Positions 58,154-58,294 of a stretch of 58,294 bases of DNA are shown piece after piece (position 1 is the first letter of the stretch; the number at the start of each line of letters is the position of its first letter). The position numbers were made by a program, and so were the translations under genes. The stretch comes from a virus (taxonomy: Duplodnaviria; Caudoviricetes), in the IMG/VR virus record IMGVR_UViG_3300038379_000107, positions 1-58,294 of that record; one strand, written 5' to 3'. The notes under the pieces are model-generated. The model saw only the letters and a list, made by a program, of their open reading frames with translations, was not told the origin of the DNA and ran no database searches.

Positions 58154-58294
58154 ATGGATGTGATGGAAGTTCCAGAAGGCACTTACTTCAGCGGACTTGA
58201 GGCTGAGAACGAGCGGCTGAAATCCGCCCTTGAATCAATTCAACTTGTCGTCAGGGCGCAAAAGGAAGATGCCCCTGAGATGGCATCTGTCAGC
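58154..58294 (+). CDS. cassette protein 3, partial at the window end
   Basis: MDVMEVPEGTYFS runs in frame into GLEAENERLKSALES (repeat A). Confidence 0.6.
   Translation, partial: MDVMEVPEGTYFSGLEAENERLKSALESIQLVVRAQKEDAPEMASVS
58192..58294 (+). repeat. direct repeat A, copy 2
   Basis: identical to 57103-57205; the sequence ends inside it. Confidence 0.95.

Noticed and set aside
57103-58294. CRISPR array or terminal repeat
   Set aside because: The repeats are 83-103 bp, coding and present in two copies each; they do not match the window start, and no cas genes were seen.

Overview
The window reads as a largely complete, circularly permuted tailed-phage (or prophage) genome. It is podovirus-like: it has TerL, portal, adaptor, a nozzle-like protein and three ejection-type proteins, but no tail tube or tape measure. 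Early and accessory genes run on + at both ends (55.4-58.3 kb and 0.2-11.8 kb). One long - strand block (55.3 to 13.2 kb) carries, in order: SSB, scaffold and capsid; a cassette of membrane/secreted proteins (PAS, papain-like protease, CAP, beta-helix) where lysis genes would be expected; ERF, ParB-like, helicase, DUF550 and Gp157; packaging genes; and about 12 small tail-appendage genes. A captured groEL (internally deleted in frame) and a groES stub sit where the two blocks converge, and they point to a Planctomycetota host (inference). I recognised no integrase, DNA polymerase, canonical endolysin, tRNA or CRISPR array. The best leads are the endolysin-less protease/PAS/CAP cassette, the mini-GroEL, a repeat-linked cassette array at the right end, a split nozzle N-terminus, an AlaRS-like fragment, a degenerate serine recombinase and two repeated regulatory motifs. 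Several genes are broken by single +1 bases in short homopolymers, which may be sequencing error. All family calls come from motif recognition by eye; no searches were run.
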